From Octopus sinensis (taxonomy: Eukaryota): a stretch of DNA of 64,000 nt. The position numbers were made by a program, and so were the translations under genes. The notes beneath the pieces are model-generated. The model saw nothing but the letters and a program-made list of their open reading frames with translations. It was not told the origin of the DNA and ran no database searches. Where the stretch lies: assembly GCF_006345805.1 (NCBI RefSeq), contig NC_043003.1, positions 1,488,001 through 1,552,000 on the forward strand, given 5' to 3'. Of the stretch, positions 23,669-35,496 are shown in pieces. How positions within the stretch are numbered: the first letter of the stretch is position 1; every line of letters starts with the position of its first letter.

Positions 23669-24378
23669 AATGGACACGTGTGTTCGGTACCTATTTACAA
23701 CTGCATAAATATTCATTAATTAGCGATCTCGCTGACGATCTAGAGATTCCAAATTAGCTTATTTGGCAATTAATAGAGGAACTCGAGTTCAGGATTAACT
23801 AATTCATTTTTTGTTTGTTCTGGTGTTATAACAGCGTGCCTCATGAATTCTTTTTTCGTGGTTTGGGTTTTAACTGCCCTTTCTAGCATGTAAGAAGTCC
23901 TGTCAAAGGTCTCCTCTCTGTATATAAAAATATTTTATACACCTTATATTTTCAAATATGTGTGGGAGGGGGTGCGCGCGCGCTTCATATGTCCCGTGCC
24001 AACGACATTGCCAGTTCGAAATTATCAAATGCGATAGGCACCTGCAGATGGCGGGTGAGTACAATGGCTGAAACATTGTGACTACAGCAATGTTGTGCAG
24101 CCGTGGCCCGAGTATTCCAGTGTAGGGTGTCAGAAATCCCTCTCAGAAATTCAGACAGAAGAGCTTAACAACGTTAATATCCATTGTTGATCACTTAACA
24201 ATGTAATAAAAAATGTTTTACTTTGTGAAAAATAAAAACGAAAATCGTAAATAAATCATTTTTCTTATTCATGAAAATAATGTCATTAAATGTCAGTTCC
24301 CTCGTTTTAAGAGTACAAATGAAAAGGTTAATTAAAATAAATAACGTCAATAACAAAATAGTAGTAGTAGTAGTAGTT

Positions 24379-24443
<65 letters not shown>

Positions 24444-27400
24444 CGTTCTCTAAGAGGAAAAGGTGACAGGAAGCTGAATGTTATTTAGATTACAAAAAAT
24501 AAGAGAATACTTAATTTTGAACCTCATCAATTTAAAATAAATCAAACTCGAGTCTAATAAGAAAGGTGAAGAAATCTGCAGAGAATAAACCGGAAGTGCC
24601 GCCATACTTATTCCATGACATTATATATAACATGATATTATATTATTAAGGGCGTGGAGTTAGCAGGGAGGCGACACAGAGGGGCGGGAAGATGATTTAC
24701 GAAATCTAGTTTGAAAACTTCATAATTCCCTTTTTAAATTCGTCACTTTTCTAGATTTTGATCAAATACCAGTTATATATTATTTTGGTGTAAGCGTTTA
24801 GCCACAGTCTCTTGACTAAAAGATTGCATCAGTTCAGAAACGCAACAAACAAATGAAACAGCAATTTTTAACTGAATTTGCTGGGGTTTCTTTTTAAGAA
24901 TGGAGGTAAATTTTGAAATCTTTTTCGTGTCAGGTATTTTATACGTTTAAAAAAAAATTATTCTAATACGTTAAATAATGACTCACGCTATGATACCGAC
25001 CGCCCCTCGATTCAAGCACCAGTTGCTGATTCAGCTTCTTCAAATACCAACCCATTGAAGAAAATGTATCCGTAATACAACCCTTCCCAGCACCTAGTAG
25101 CAGAGGTGCCGACGACAGTGTGGGAATCTGCATAAGCCGACCATCGGCTGCAGGAGACGATGACGAAGCTCATCGGCAAATTTATTCGTGGCGATCTGAC
25201 AATCTGCCGTATATGCATCGTCTTCTTTTTGGCTAACTTGAATGCTCGGAGCTCGAAGGACGATAGCACAGTGTTCCATAGCAGTGAGCAACCGCTTCTG
25301 GTGGCTCGCAGCGAAAATTATTTGTAAGGTAGTCGACTGTCAACTAAGTGAAAAAAAAAACTGAGTCCTGTGTTGCTGAGAGCGCCATCTACGCTGCTAA
25401 ACAATATATTGGAAACTGCCGTGGGCGACTTTGGCTACTTCTTTATGGTATGTCTCTCTAGATCTTCCCAGATGAGTAAGGACTGGCTTTATTATGTGTA
25501 CGTTAGCTGCTTATTTCTCTGGGGTAGTCAAGATATATTCACCTCTGATGAGACCCCAATATGGCTAGAAAATCAATTAAAGCTGTTCAACATGTTTTCA
25601 ACCAACAAAGAGTTAAATTTGTTGTTTTTAAACACACACACACACACAACTGGTTTCTTTACAGTTGGATTTTGTGATCAAAGATAACGAATATGTGAAC
25701 TATCATCTCTCTCTCTCTCTCTCTGTCCTAAACGCACACCAATCACATCTGTCCATTCAGCTAGGTGTCGCTCATCATTCATCTAGAACTTTGTACCAGA
25801 GATAGGTTTCCTTACAGAAACACGTCAGGATTAGTTGTTGTTGTTGTTGTTGCACATTGAACATTGTGATAGAAATGAAAAGGCAAAATACGTAAATAAA
25901 TCTACTCTTTTATTTGTTTGTCGTTTGTCTGCGGCCATGCTGGAGCGCCACATTTAGTCGAATAAATCGACCCCAGGACTTATTCTTTGTTAAGCCTAGT
26001 ACTTATTATATCGGTCTCTTTTTGCCGAACCGCTAGATTACGGGGATGCAAACACACCAACATCGGTTGACAAGCGATGGTGGGAGAACAAGCACTGACC
26101 CAAACTACAAACGCATACATATATATATATATACACGACGGGCTTCTTTCAGTTTCCGTCTACTAAATCCACTCACAAGGCTTTGGTCGGGCCGAGGCTA
26201 TAGAAGAGACTTGCCCAAGGAACCATATGGTTGGGAAGCAAGCTTCTCTTCACACGGCCACTCCTGCACCTATATTTTCTTCATACACGTCCTTACATAT
26301 AAACACACACACACACACCACAAACTCATTTTCATAAGGTCGTGTGGTGAAGTCGACTTTGGCAGCACGTGATCCAACTTCTAGCTATCAAAATAAGATT
26401 TTAACTGAGAGTTTGCATATGTGCAGATCTTTGTATTTCTGTATTCCATCTTTGTCAATGGAATAAAGCGGCGAGCTGGCAGAATCGTTAGCACGCCGGG
26501 CGAAAGGCGTAGCCGTATTTCATCTGCCGTTATGTTCTGAGTTCAAATTCCGCCGGTAGACTTTGCCTTTCATCCTTTCAAGGTCGATAAATTAAGTACC
26601 AGTTACACACTGGGGTCGATGTAATCGGCTTAATCCGTTTGTCTGTCCTTGTTTGTCCTCTCTGTGCTTAGCCCCTTGTGGATAGTAATGAAATAGGTAT
26701 TTCGTCTGTCTTTACGTTCTGAGTTCAAATTCCGCCAAGGTCGGCTTTGCCTTTTATCCTTTCGGGGTCCATAAATTAAGTACCAGGGTCGATTTAATCA
26801 ACTGCCCCCCCCCCACTCCCCAAAACTTTCAGGCCTTGTGCCTAGAAATGCTAAACATAGCATAAGACTAACGGAAGCCAAAGATGATCCAGCAGTGCAC
26901 TTGACTCTGCTCACCTGAAGAAATGCAGGTACACATGCAACTCATTGAGGGAGATTTTGTGTAGTCAGATGCCCTTCCTGTCACCAATCCTCACATGTTT
27001 ATAAGCAAGGTAATACTTCCCCATGACCAGACATGTTTTTGCAGGATTTTGAAGATGAGTTGACACCGCTTGTTTGACAGTGACACTCGTTTACAACTAT
27101 TCCGCAATGCCAAGACAAGGAGGTGCACACACGATGGGCTTCCATACCGTTTCTGGTTACCAAATCTATTCACAAGACTAGATTAATACACACACATAGG
27201 TACACTGCACACACACACACACAGATGCACACATATGTACACACATGCACACACACACAGGCAATAGCCAGGGGGCTATTGCTGAAAACACTTGCCCAAG
27301 GTGTCATGCGGTAGGACTGAACCCATAGCCATGTAGTTGGTAAGCAAGTTTTTTAACTACACAACAATGCCTGCATCAAAGCAAAAAGCTGAAATCAGTC

Positions 27401-28495
27401 CTCTGAGAGACAGAGAGAGAGAGACAGAGAGAGAGACAGAGAGACAGAGAGACAGACAGAGAGAGAGAGAGAGACAGAGACAGACAGACAGAGAAATATG
27501 GAACAACAATTTGATAAAAAAGTATTTTTTTCTTTTTTAATTCTCTTTAAAATATACAATGTAATCTTTCTGTTTTTACATTCATTCGTGATTAAAAGAC
27601 ATGGACAGAATTAATGAATGCTTCCGACTGAAAAACACCAACTTAGGGCCAATCGTGCTGGTTTGAAAGAAGAGAGTTTGAAGTAGTGGCAGCAAGGGTT
27701 CTGCGAAGAACGGTTTCTACAAAACTGTGACACTTTGTACCAAATTGGGAATGCAACATCAAAACCACAAACAGGGAAGGTTATGTGTTTGCATTAAGGG
27801 TGATAATGTGTACCCCTTGTGTGTGCGTGTGCGTGTGCGTCTGTGCAGTGTGTGTGCTTATGTGTGCTTCTGTGTGTGCAATGTTCCTCTGTATATATGT
27901 CTGTGCGTGCATGTGCAGTGTACTTATGTGTGCCTGTGTTTGTGAGTGCATATGTGCAGTGTACCTATGTGTGTGCATGTGCACCTATGTGTACCTCTGT
28001 GTTTGTGTGTGCATTGTACCCATGTGTGCCTCTGTATGTGTGTGTGAATGGAATACATACACACACATATACCTATAACTGTGTGTCAGTGTATGTGTGT
28101 ATTAGTGTGATCATCATCATCATCATCATCATTTAACGTCTGTTGCCCATGCTGGCATGGGTTGGATGGTTTGACCAGGTCTGGTAAGCTGGACAACCCA
28201 TCCAACCCATGCCAGCATGGGCAACAGACGTTAAATGATGATGATCACACTAATACATACACACATGTAGATATGTGTAGTTATATGTGTGTGCATTTCA
28301 GAGTGTGTGAGTGTGTGCATAACTGTAATGTATACATCTGTATGCGTGTGTTTGGATGTTACATGTACCATATGTGTGTTTTGTGTGTGTATATATATAT
28401 ATATATATAATATATATATATATATATTATATATATATATATACACATATATACATATACACACAACATCCATAGAACAACAAGTGAATGTGACT

Positions 28496-28557
28496 TTAGC
28501 TGGACCACAGGTAGAAATAGACTTTTTGCCAGTATGGAATGTAGGAAATCAAAGGAT
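28496..28557 (-). CDS. PEX16: PEX16 last coding exon (PLISYIPYWQKVYFYLWSS*)
   Basis: TTTCAG| acceptor; TAA at 28498-28496; PL..Y.P.WQK.YFY.W C-terminus. The ten exons sum to 1029 nt, in frame. Confidence 0.95.
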
Positions 28558-28624
28558 CTGAAAAAAGATAAAAATTTTTAAATATATCAATTAAGACTAA
28601 ACATAACGAAACATTAAATGTCTA

Positions 28625-28970
28625 CAGCTCTATATTCAAGAGATGAGAAATTATTTACATTATTTACATTTGACAGATATTTGTCCTCATCTTGTTTGTT
28701 GTTAACACAATGTTTCGGCTGATATACCCTCCAGCCTTCATCAGGCATATGGCATAGTGGTTAAGAGCTTGGGCTACTAACCCCAAGATTCCGAGTTCGA
28801 TTCCAGGAAGTGACCTGAATAATAATAATAATAACATCAAAAAATACTGTAGGAATGAGAACCCAAGTTCAAGATTTCGCCAAGACACCTGAAGGAGGCT
28901 GGAGGGTAAATAAACCGAAATGCCGTGTCAACAAGATGAGGACAAATATCCGTCAAATATAAATAATGTT
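28625..28970 (+). mobile_element. tRNA-headed SINE with hammerhead tail and inverted 5' copy of its 3' end
   Basis: Head 28744-28815 with box A TGGCATAGTGG and box B GAGTTCGATTCC; tail GACAC-CTGAAGGA..GAAA..GTGTC; 28625-28744 is the inverted tail; TSD TTAAATGTCTA (28614-28624, 28971-28981). Confidence 0.8.
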
Positions 28971-29049
28971 TTAAATGTCTAATCTTTAAAATATCTCACT
29001 CCATCCATACATTTTCTTTGCTCGTTATTGCCAAGAGGTTTGTAAGAGA

Positions 29050-29300
29050 AGAATCCTCAGGGCCTCCCCTCCATAGGGTCCCATTAGAAGCAACTGTCTT
29101 TACACTTTCCAACTGGATTCCCTTGAGTAATGAACTGAGACTACAGATATTATCCAGCCCCCCTCTCATTCATGCTCTGCCCCTGGGTCTCCTGCCACTT
29201 GGCTCAACTTGCAGAACCCATCTTGTGATTCTATCCTGTGACATTCTAAATGCATTTCTGTAATACCAGGGCTGTGACCCCTTGATGTGGAGAAGTTGTG
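29050..29300 (-). mobile_element. Decayed LINE ORF2 C-terminal fragment
   Basis: A minus frame reads AFRMSQDRITRWVLQVEPSGRRPRGR, typical of the RTE/L2-group ORF2 end. A similar fragment lies at 58850-59030(-) (KPTSRRPQGRP*SRWLDNI). Confidence 0.55.
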
Positions 29301-29647
29301 GTTTGACCTGGAGAGACTTCCTGATCCCCCAAGCTCCACACCCTGTCGAGTAATGTTACTCGAGAGATCCTTCGGAGAAATTCCATTTAGGGCATTTGTA
29401 CTGATTTCTCTTTTTTCAGTCATTCCCCCAAACAGACAACAAATTTGGCTTTTTTGCCAACCTCTCCTCTTCTGGGAATCAAATGCTTGCGCTGACATAT
29501 TACTCCACTGGCGCCTTCTTATATCCTTATGCTTCCAATATCGTAGGGTGACTGATATTGTCGATGATAAAGAATACACTGTAACAGTGTAATAACAATA
29601 CAAAATAGAAACAGCAACAAACCAACAATCAATATTTCCAACAGACT

Positions 29648-30148
29648 GGGGGGGTGCAGAAACGTTAGGACACCGGATGAAATGCTTAACAGTATTTTGT
29701 CTGTCTTTACGTTCTGAGTTCAAATTCCGCCGAGGTCGACTTTGCCTTTCATCCTTTTGGGGTCGATAAATTAAGTACCAGTTACACACTGGGGTTGATG
29801 TAATCAACTTAATCCGTTTGTCTGTCCTTGTTTGTCCCCTCTGTGTTTAGCCCCTTGTGGGTCGTAAAGAAATAAGTATTTTGTCTGTTTTTACGTTCTG
29901 AGTTCAAATTCTGCCGAGGTCAATTTTGCTTTTCATCCTTTCGGGGTCGATTAAATAAGTACCAGTTATGCACTGGGGTCGATGTAATCGGCTTAATCCC
30001 TTTGTCTGTCCTTGTTTATTCCCTCTATATTTAGCTCCCTGTGGGCAATAAAGAAATAAATTAAGTCCCAGTTGTGTACTGGGGTCAATCTAATCAACTA
30101 GCCCCCTCTCCCCAAAAAATTTCAGGCCTTATGCCTCGAGTAGAAAAG
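29648..30148 (+). mobile_element. SINE family B, internally dimerised copy
   Basis: 17-bp TSD AATATTTCCAACAGACT (29631-29647, 30149-30165); body unit repeated. Confidence 0.85.
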
Positions 30149-31757
30149 AATATTTCCAACAGACTAACTCGTACTGTAAACTGAACCTTGACTTTGAAGA
30201 CCAAGCTACGAACTGCCAACTACGTCAGACTGCTACTATTTATGTGTAGGGGTCCCGTCTATTCTCATCAGGGGAGGGTCATACTCTCACCACAACACAC
30301 CCGCAATTCTCAACAATCATAAAACCAAACGGATCCTGTTTAACTTGTTTACTTTGTTTTGTCTTAAATTTCATTGATATCTTTTATCTTTTGCTTGTTT
30401 CCGTCATTAGACTGCGACCATGCTGGGGCATTTGCCTAAAAAAAATTTTTAGTTGAATGAATCAACCCCAGTACTTTTTTTTTTTAAAGTCTTGCACTTA
30501 TTTCATCAGTTTCTTTTGCTGTACTGCTAAGTGATGGAGATGTAAACACACTGACATTGGTTGTCAAGCATTGGAGGGGGACAAACACGGACACAAAGAC
30601 ACATGCACATGACAGGCATCTTTCAGTTTCCGTCTACCTAATCCACTCACAAGGCTCTGATCAGCCTCAGGGCTATAGTAGAAGACACTTAGCCACGTTA
30701 ACATGCAGTGAGACTGAACTCAGAACCTTGTGGCTGGGAATCAAACTTCTTACCACACAGCCACGCCTGCACCTTCACATACAAATATTCAGTTCAAATC
30801 TACAGCAGGACCCTTTATTTCTACCATTGCCTAAGTTCATCTCAATACTACATTTCTGAAAATAAGGGTCAGAAAATCAAAGTTTTGAACACAAATAGTT
30901 AAATAACCAACCCCCTCACACACGCGGCACGTAAAAGCCACCAACCGATCGTGGCTGTTGCCAGCCTCCCCTGGCACCTGTGCCGGTGGCACGTAGAAAG
31001 CACCATCCGTATGTGGCCGATGCCAGCACCGCCTTGACTGGCTTCCGTGCCGGTAGCACATAAAAACCCCCAACCGATCGTGGTCATTGCCAGCCTCCCC
31101 TGGCACCTGTGCTGGTGGCACGTAAAAGGCACCCACTACACTCACGGAGTGGTTGGCATTAGGAAGGGCATCCAGCTGTAGAAACATTGCCAGATCAGAC
31201 TGGAGCCTGGTGCAGCCTCCTGGCTTCCCAGACCCCAGTTGAACCGTCCAACCCATGCTAACATGGAAAGCGGACATTAAACGATGATGATGATGATCAA
31301 CAGCAACACTTTTATGTCCATTTTTTCATGCTAGTATGAGTTAGATGAGTCTTTGTGAGACAGTATTCTACAGCAAGTTTTTCAACTGCGGTACTCCATT
31401 CTACTGGTCTTTGCACATCAAATTGCCGAGCAGCAAAAACAGTGCCAAAGTGGACATTGGAGGTTTACATCGTCTTCTGCTTCACCAGATTCTGTTGAAC
31501 CATAAAGGCAGGGAAAATATGGCCATTAGATAGTTTGTTGTTGTTGTAGTAGTAGTAGTAGTAGTTCTTCACCATGATATATCGCTAGCCACGAAACCTT
31601 TTCTATTTTCTCTCCCTGTTTATTTCTGTGTTCCTTTCTGTCGAAGAGCGTAGGCTCGAAATGTAAAAGACTTTCTCACTTCCTGAGCGTTAAAATAATA
31701 CATCTGTTTGTTGTTTACACACCCGTCTTCGTCTTTTGTTTCTTTGTAAATTCTCAC

Positions 31758-31803
<46 letters not shown>

Positions 31804-31882
31804 GGTGGTGCTACTGCTGCTAGTAATAACAGTAATATGCATGTAAGTAAAATGTGTTAAGACGTAGTAATTAAAGGCTTAC

Positions 31883-31947
31883 TTGTAAAATGATTCAAGC
31901 CAGGAATGCTGTCACCAAATACTTTCAATAAAATTCTGATCTTTGCT
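31883..31947 (-). CDS. PEX16: PEX16 coding exon 9 (AKIRILLKVFGDSIPGLNHFT)
   Basis: TTCCAG| acceptor, |GTAAGC donor; 65 nt; aligns with human [21 protein letters not shown] (recalled). Confidence 0.9.
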
Positions 31948-33875
31948 CTGGAAATAGACAAGAAAATCAAAATCAATAATCAAACAGTTATCAAATCAAT
32001 AATTCATGACATTGATCCACCACATATTTGGAGACTGGCAAATGTACAAATGTAGGTTTTGGAGAATGGATCATTCAGGGGGATATTTAGGATGAAACAC
32101 TTGTGTTGGGGAGGGGGGGGCTGTACTGAGTCTCCCAATGCAAGAGTCAATGTTTCATCAGGTCTGTGAGTGTCTCAGCCCCTTCTACAGCAACATCAGA
32201 GATGCCTGGGGACATCTATGTAAGCAACAAAACTGTTACACAATAGCACAAGCTTTGTTTAGTCAGATGCTGCGACTCTCACCCAGATATCACAGCTCTC
32301 ACCCAGATGCTGCGGCTCTCCCCCAGCCTCTCCTTCAAGCCATTCATCAGCATTGCTATCAGATGTTGCAACTTTTCATGGAATTAAGCAACCGAAAGAC
32401 GACTTTCATTCTGACGGGTACAGCAGGTAATTTTGATTAGGGTGAAGCATTTTGGTTCACTCCTAGGAAGAGCAGTGACATTGAATATCTTTGCAGGAGG
32501 TCTGAGGAAAGGTGGCAGCAAAAGGAGGAAGAAACTAACGTCTTGGGGTTGTCGCTAACCACTATTTTCATCATCATCATCATCACCACCAAGAGCACCA
32601 TTCAACATCCACGTTTCTATACTTGAATGGATTGGATGGAACTTGCTGAAACAAATCTTCTGCAGCTGGACACCCTTCCTGTTGCTAACCCTCCCCTGTT
32701 TCCAAGTAAAGCAATATTTTAATATTTCCCCACCCCACCCCACCCCATGGTTGGACAGGTTTTCACATAAGATTGGTTCTGAAGGACACCACCTGTATAA
32801 AGGTGACACTTGTTTACAACAAGACAAGGAGAGAGTAACACACACACACACACACACATGTGCATGTGTTTGTATATATATCATCATCATCATCATTTAA
32901 TGTCTGCTTTCCATGCTAGCATGGGTTGAACGGTTCGACCAGGGTCTGGGAAGCCTGGAGGCTGCACCAGGCTCCAATCTGATCTGGCAGTGTTTCTACA
33001 GCTGGATACCCTTCCTAATGCCAACCACTCCAAGAGTGTAGTGGGTGCTTTTTATGTGCCACCAGCATAGGGGCCAGAGGAGGCTGGCAATGACCACATT
33101 CAGTTGGTGCTTTTTATGTGCCACCAGCACGGAAGCCAGTCAAAGCAGCGCTGGCATCAGCCATATTCAGATGGTGCCTTTTACGTGCCACTGGCACAGG
33201 TATCACAACTACAATTTCAATTTGATTTTTATTTTGATGTTGATGTACTTGACTCAATAGGTCTCCTCAAGCACAGCAGGTCGCCCTACGATCCAAGGTA
33301 AGCACAGCAGGCCATCCTGCGATCCAAGTTTCTTTGAATGGGCTGGGGCTGGTTATGCGAAGCTGGTGTAAGATACAGCCTTGAACTCACGTTATTTGTC
33401 AGGTCTTCACAGTCACAGCATATCTCCAGAGGTCTCTGTTTTTCATCATTGCCTCTGTGAGGCCCAACGTTCGAAGGTCATGCTTGACCACCTCATTCCA
33501 TGTCTTCCTGGATTCCTTCAACTGTTTGGGAGTGGCACTTCTTCACACATCTCTCCTCATCCATCCATAGTACAAGACCACACCAGCACAAATGTCTCTC
33601 TTGCACGTCACATCCAATGCTTCTTATGTCCAACATTTCTCTCAGGGCGCTTACACTCTGTCATGTGTGCACACTGACATTACACACACACACACACACA
33701 CAATGGGCTTCTTTTAGTTTCGGTTGACCAAAGCCACTCCCAAGACTTTGGTTGGTCTGGGGATATGGAAGAAGAGGAAGACACTTGTCAAAGGTGCTGC
33801 ACGGTGGAATTGAACTCAGAGCCCCGTGTATTGCTTCCACCCATTAATAAGTAATATTTGAGAAACAATACTTAC

Positions 33876-33995
33876 TCTGAGAATCTGTCATAGAATGGTG
33901 ATCTTAGCAAATAATAAAACAGTGTGAAAGTCCTTCGTTTCAATTCGGTTCGTTCATTTGGGTTTAAATCTTTTAGATCACCCATAACATATAAA
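33876..33995 (-). CDS. PEX16: PEX16 coding exon 8 ([40 protein letters not shown])
   Basis: TTCAG| acceptor, |GTAAGT donor; 120 nt; highly conserved [14 protein letters not shown]. Confidence 0.97.
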
Positions 33996-35025
33996 CTGAA
34001 GATATAAATAAATAAAAAAAATTAAAATAAAATACATATATATAGTAGGAGAGAAAGAGAGACAGAGGCAGATAGACAGACACGTTTACACATATTCAGA
34101 AGGGCAAACACACGCACATGCACATATATTAACATAGAGCATAAAAAATATAGAACGCTAAGAAGAGAATACATAATTTCTTAACTCGACAGCTGTTTCA
34201 GGAAACTCAGATATATGTAATAATCACAATGTTCATACTTTGCAGATGGAATGTACAAAAAGTCTTGAGCATGCAACTAGTAAACAGTCACACAGAGATA
34301 TTCTTTTCTACTCTAAGCACAAGGCCCGAAATATGGGGGGAGGGGGCCAGTCGATTAGATCTACCCCAGTATGCAACTGGTACTTAATTTATTGACCCCG
34401 AAAGGATGAAAAGCAAAGTTGACCATGGCGGAATTTGAACTCAGAACATAAAGACAGATGAAATACTGCAAAGCATTTCGCCCGGTGTGCAAATGTTTCT
34501 GCCAGCTCCCCCCTCCCCCGCCTAGGTCACACAGAAATATTACCATAAGTCTGGCATCACACATCAAGAGAAAATTGGCTCTCCTTGAGATTCTCTTATA
34601 GCTACGCTTGACACTGTGGATGAAGAATACTGCAACAGCACAAGTGCTTTTTAAGTGGCACCAGTACCTGAAAGAACAAGCCTGGGTGGGTGGAGGACAG
34701 GGATTTCACACAGCTCAATTAGTGTCTTACCAAGGACAGCAAATCATCACATCTCGTGGCCCCTTTGTCATTTCCTTAGTAGGTATGTGTATATATATAT
34801 ATATATATATACATACATACATACATACATACATACACACATGCCATGATAGATCGCTAGCCACTAAGCCTTTCTTATTTTCTCTCCCTGTATATTTCTG
34901 TGTTCCTTTCTGTCGAAGAGCATAGGCTCGAAACGTAAAAGACTTTATTTCCCAAGTGTTAAACTAATACACCTGTTTGTTGTTTGCACACCTGTCTTTG
35001 TGTTTCGTTTTTTAATAAATTCTCC

Positions 35026-35073
<48 letters not shown>

Positions 35074-35082
35074 ATATATATA

Positions 35083-35290
35083 GGAAAGGAAAAAAATAAT
35101 AATAATAAGGCAGAATGATAAACTGAAAGCAAATTTTAATATAAATGGGTGTAAGAAAGATTAACCTTTTTAACCATTTATATTAAAATTTGCTTTCAGT
35201 TTATCATTCTGCCTTATTATTATTATTTTCTTCCTTTCCGATTATTTCTCCACGTGCGGTTAACACAACCCCACCATTTACTGACTTACA
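35083..35290. repeat. Microsatellite-flanked fold-back (35083-35239) plus tail
   Basis: ~63-bp inverted arms around a ~25-nt spacer. Confidence 0.7.
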
Positions 35291-35423
35291 TACATACATA
35301 CATATAACTGATGTCCAACGACTGAATTCACTGTGCTCTGCCCGTCTTTTATGTTAACATTGTATCTCCTCTGCCATGAATGGAATGTAGACTGGAAAAT
35401 GAGAGAAAATAAATAAGCCTCAC

Positions 35424-35496
35424 CTAGCAATGTCCATTAAGCAAGAACTCATCCATGGTTTCCATGACTTTTTACCATTCCAACTTAATAGGAGGA
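35424..35496 (-). CDS. PEX16: PEX16 coding exon 7 (LLLSWNGKKSWKPWMSSCLMDIA)
   Basis: Preceded by TTCCTTAAC-agatttcTAG|; donor AG|GTGAGG; 73 nt; SWKPW motif. Confidence 0.95.

Noticed and set aside
28744-28815. tRNA-like sequences here and at 20973, 36428 and 47573 as tRNA genes
   Set aside because: They continue into shared repeat bodies, lack well-paired acceptor stems and Pol III terminators, and are SINE heads.
34170-34215. GAAA-CAGCTG-TC hammerhead half on the minus strand
   Set aside because: No CUGANGA core or stem I partner was found upstream; a remnant at best.
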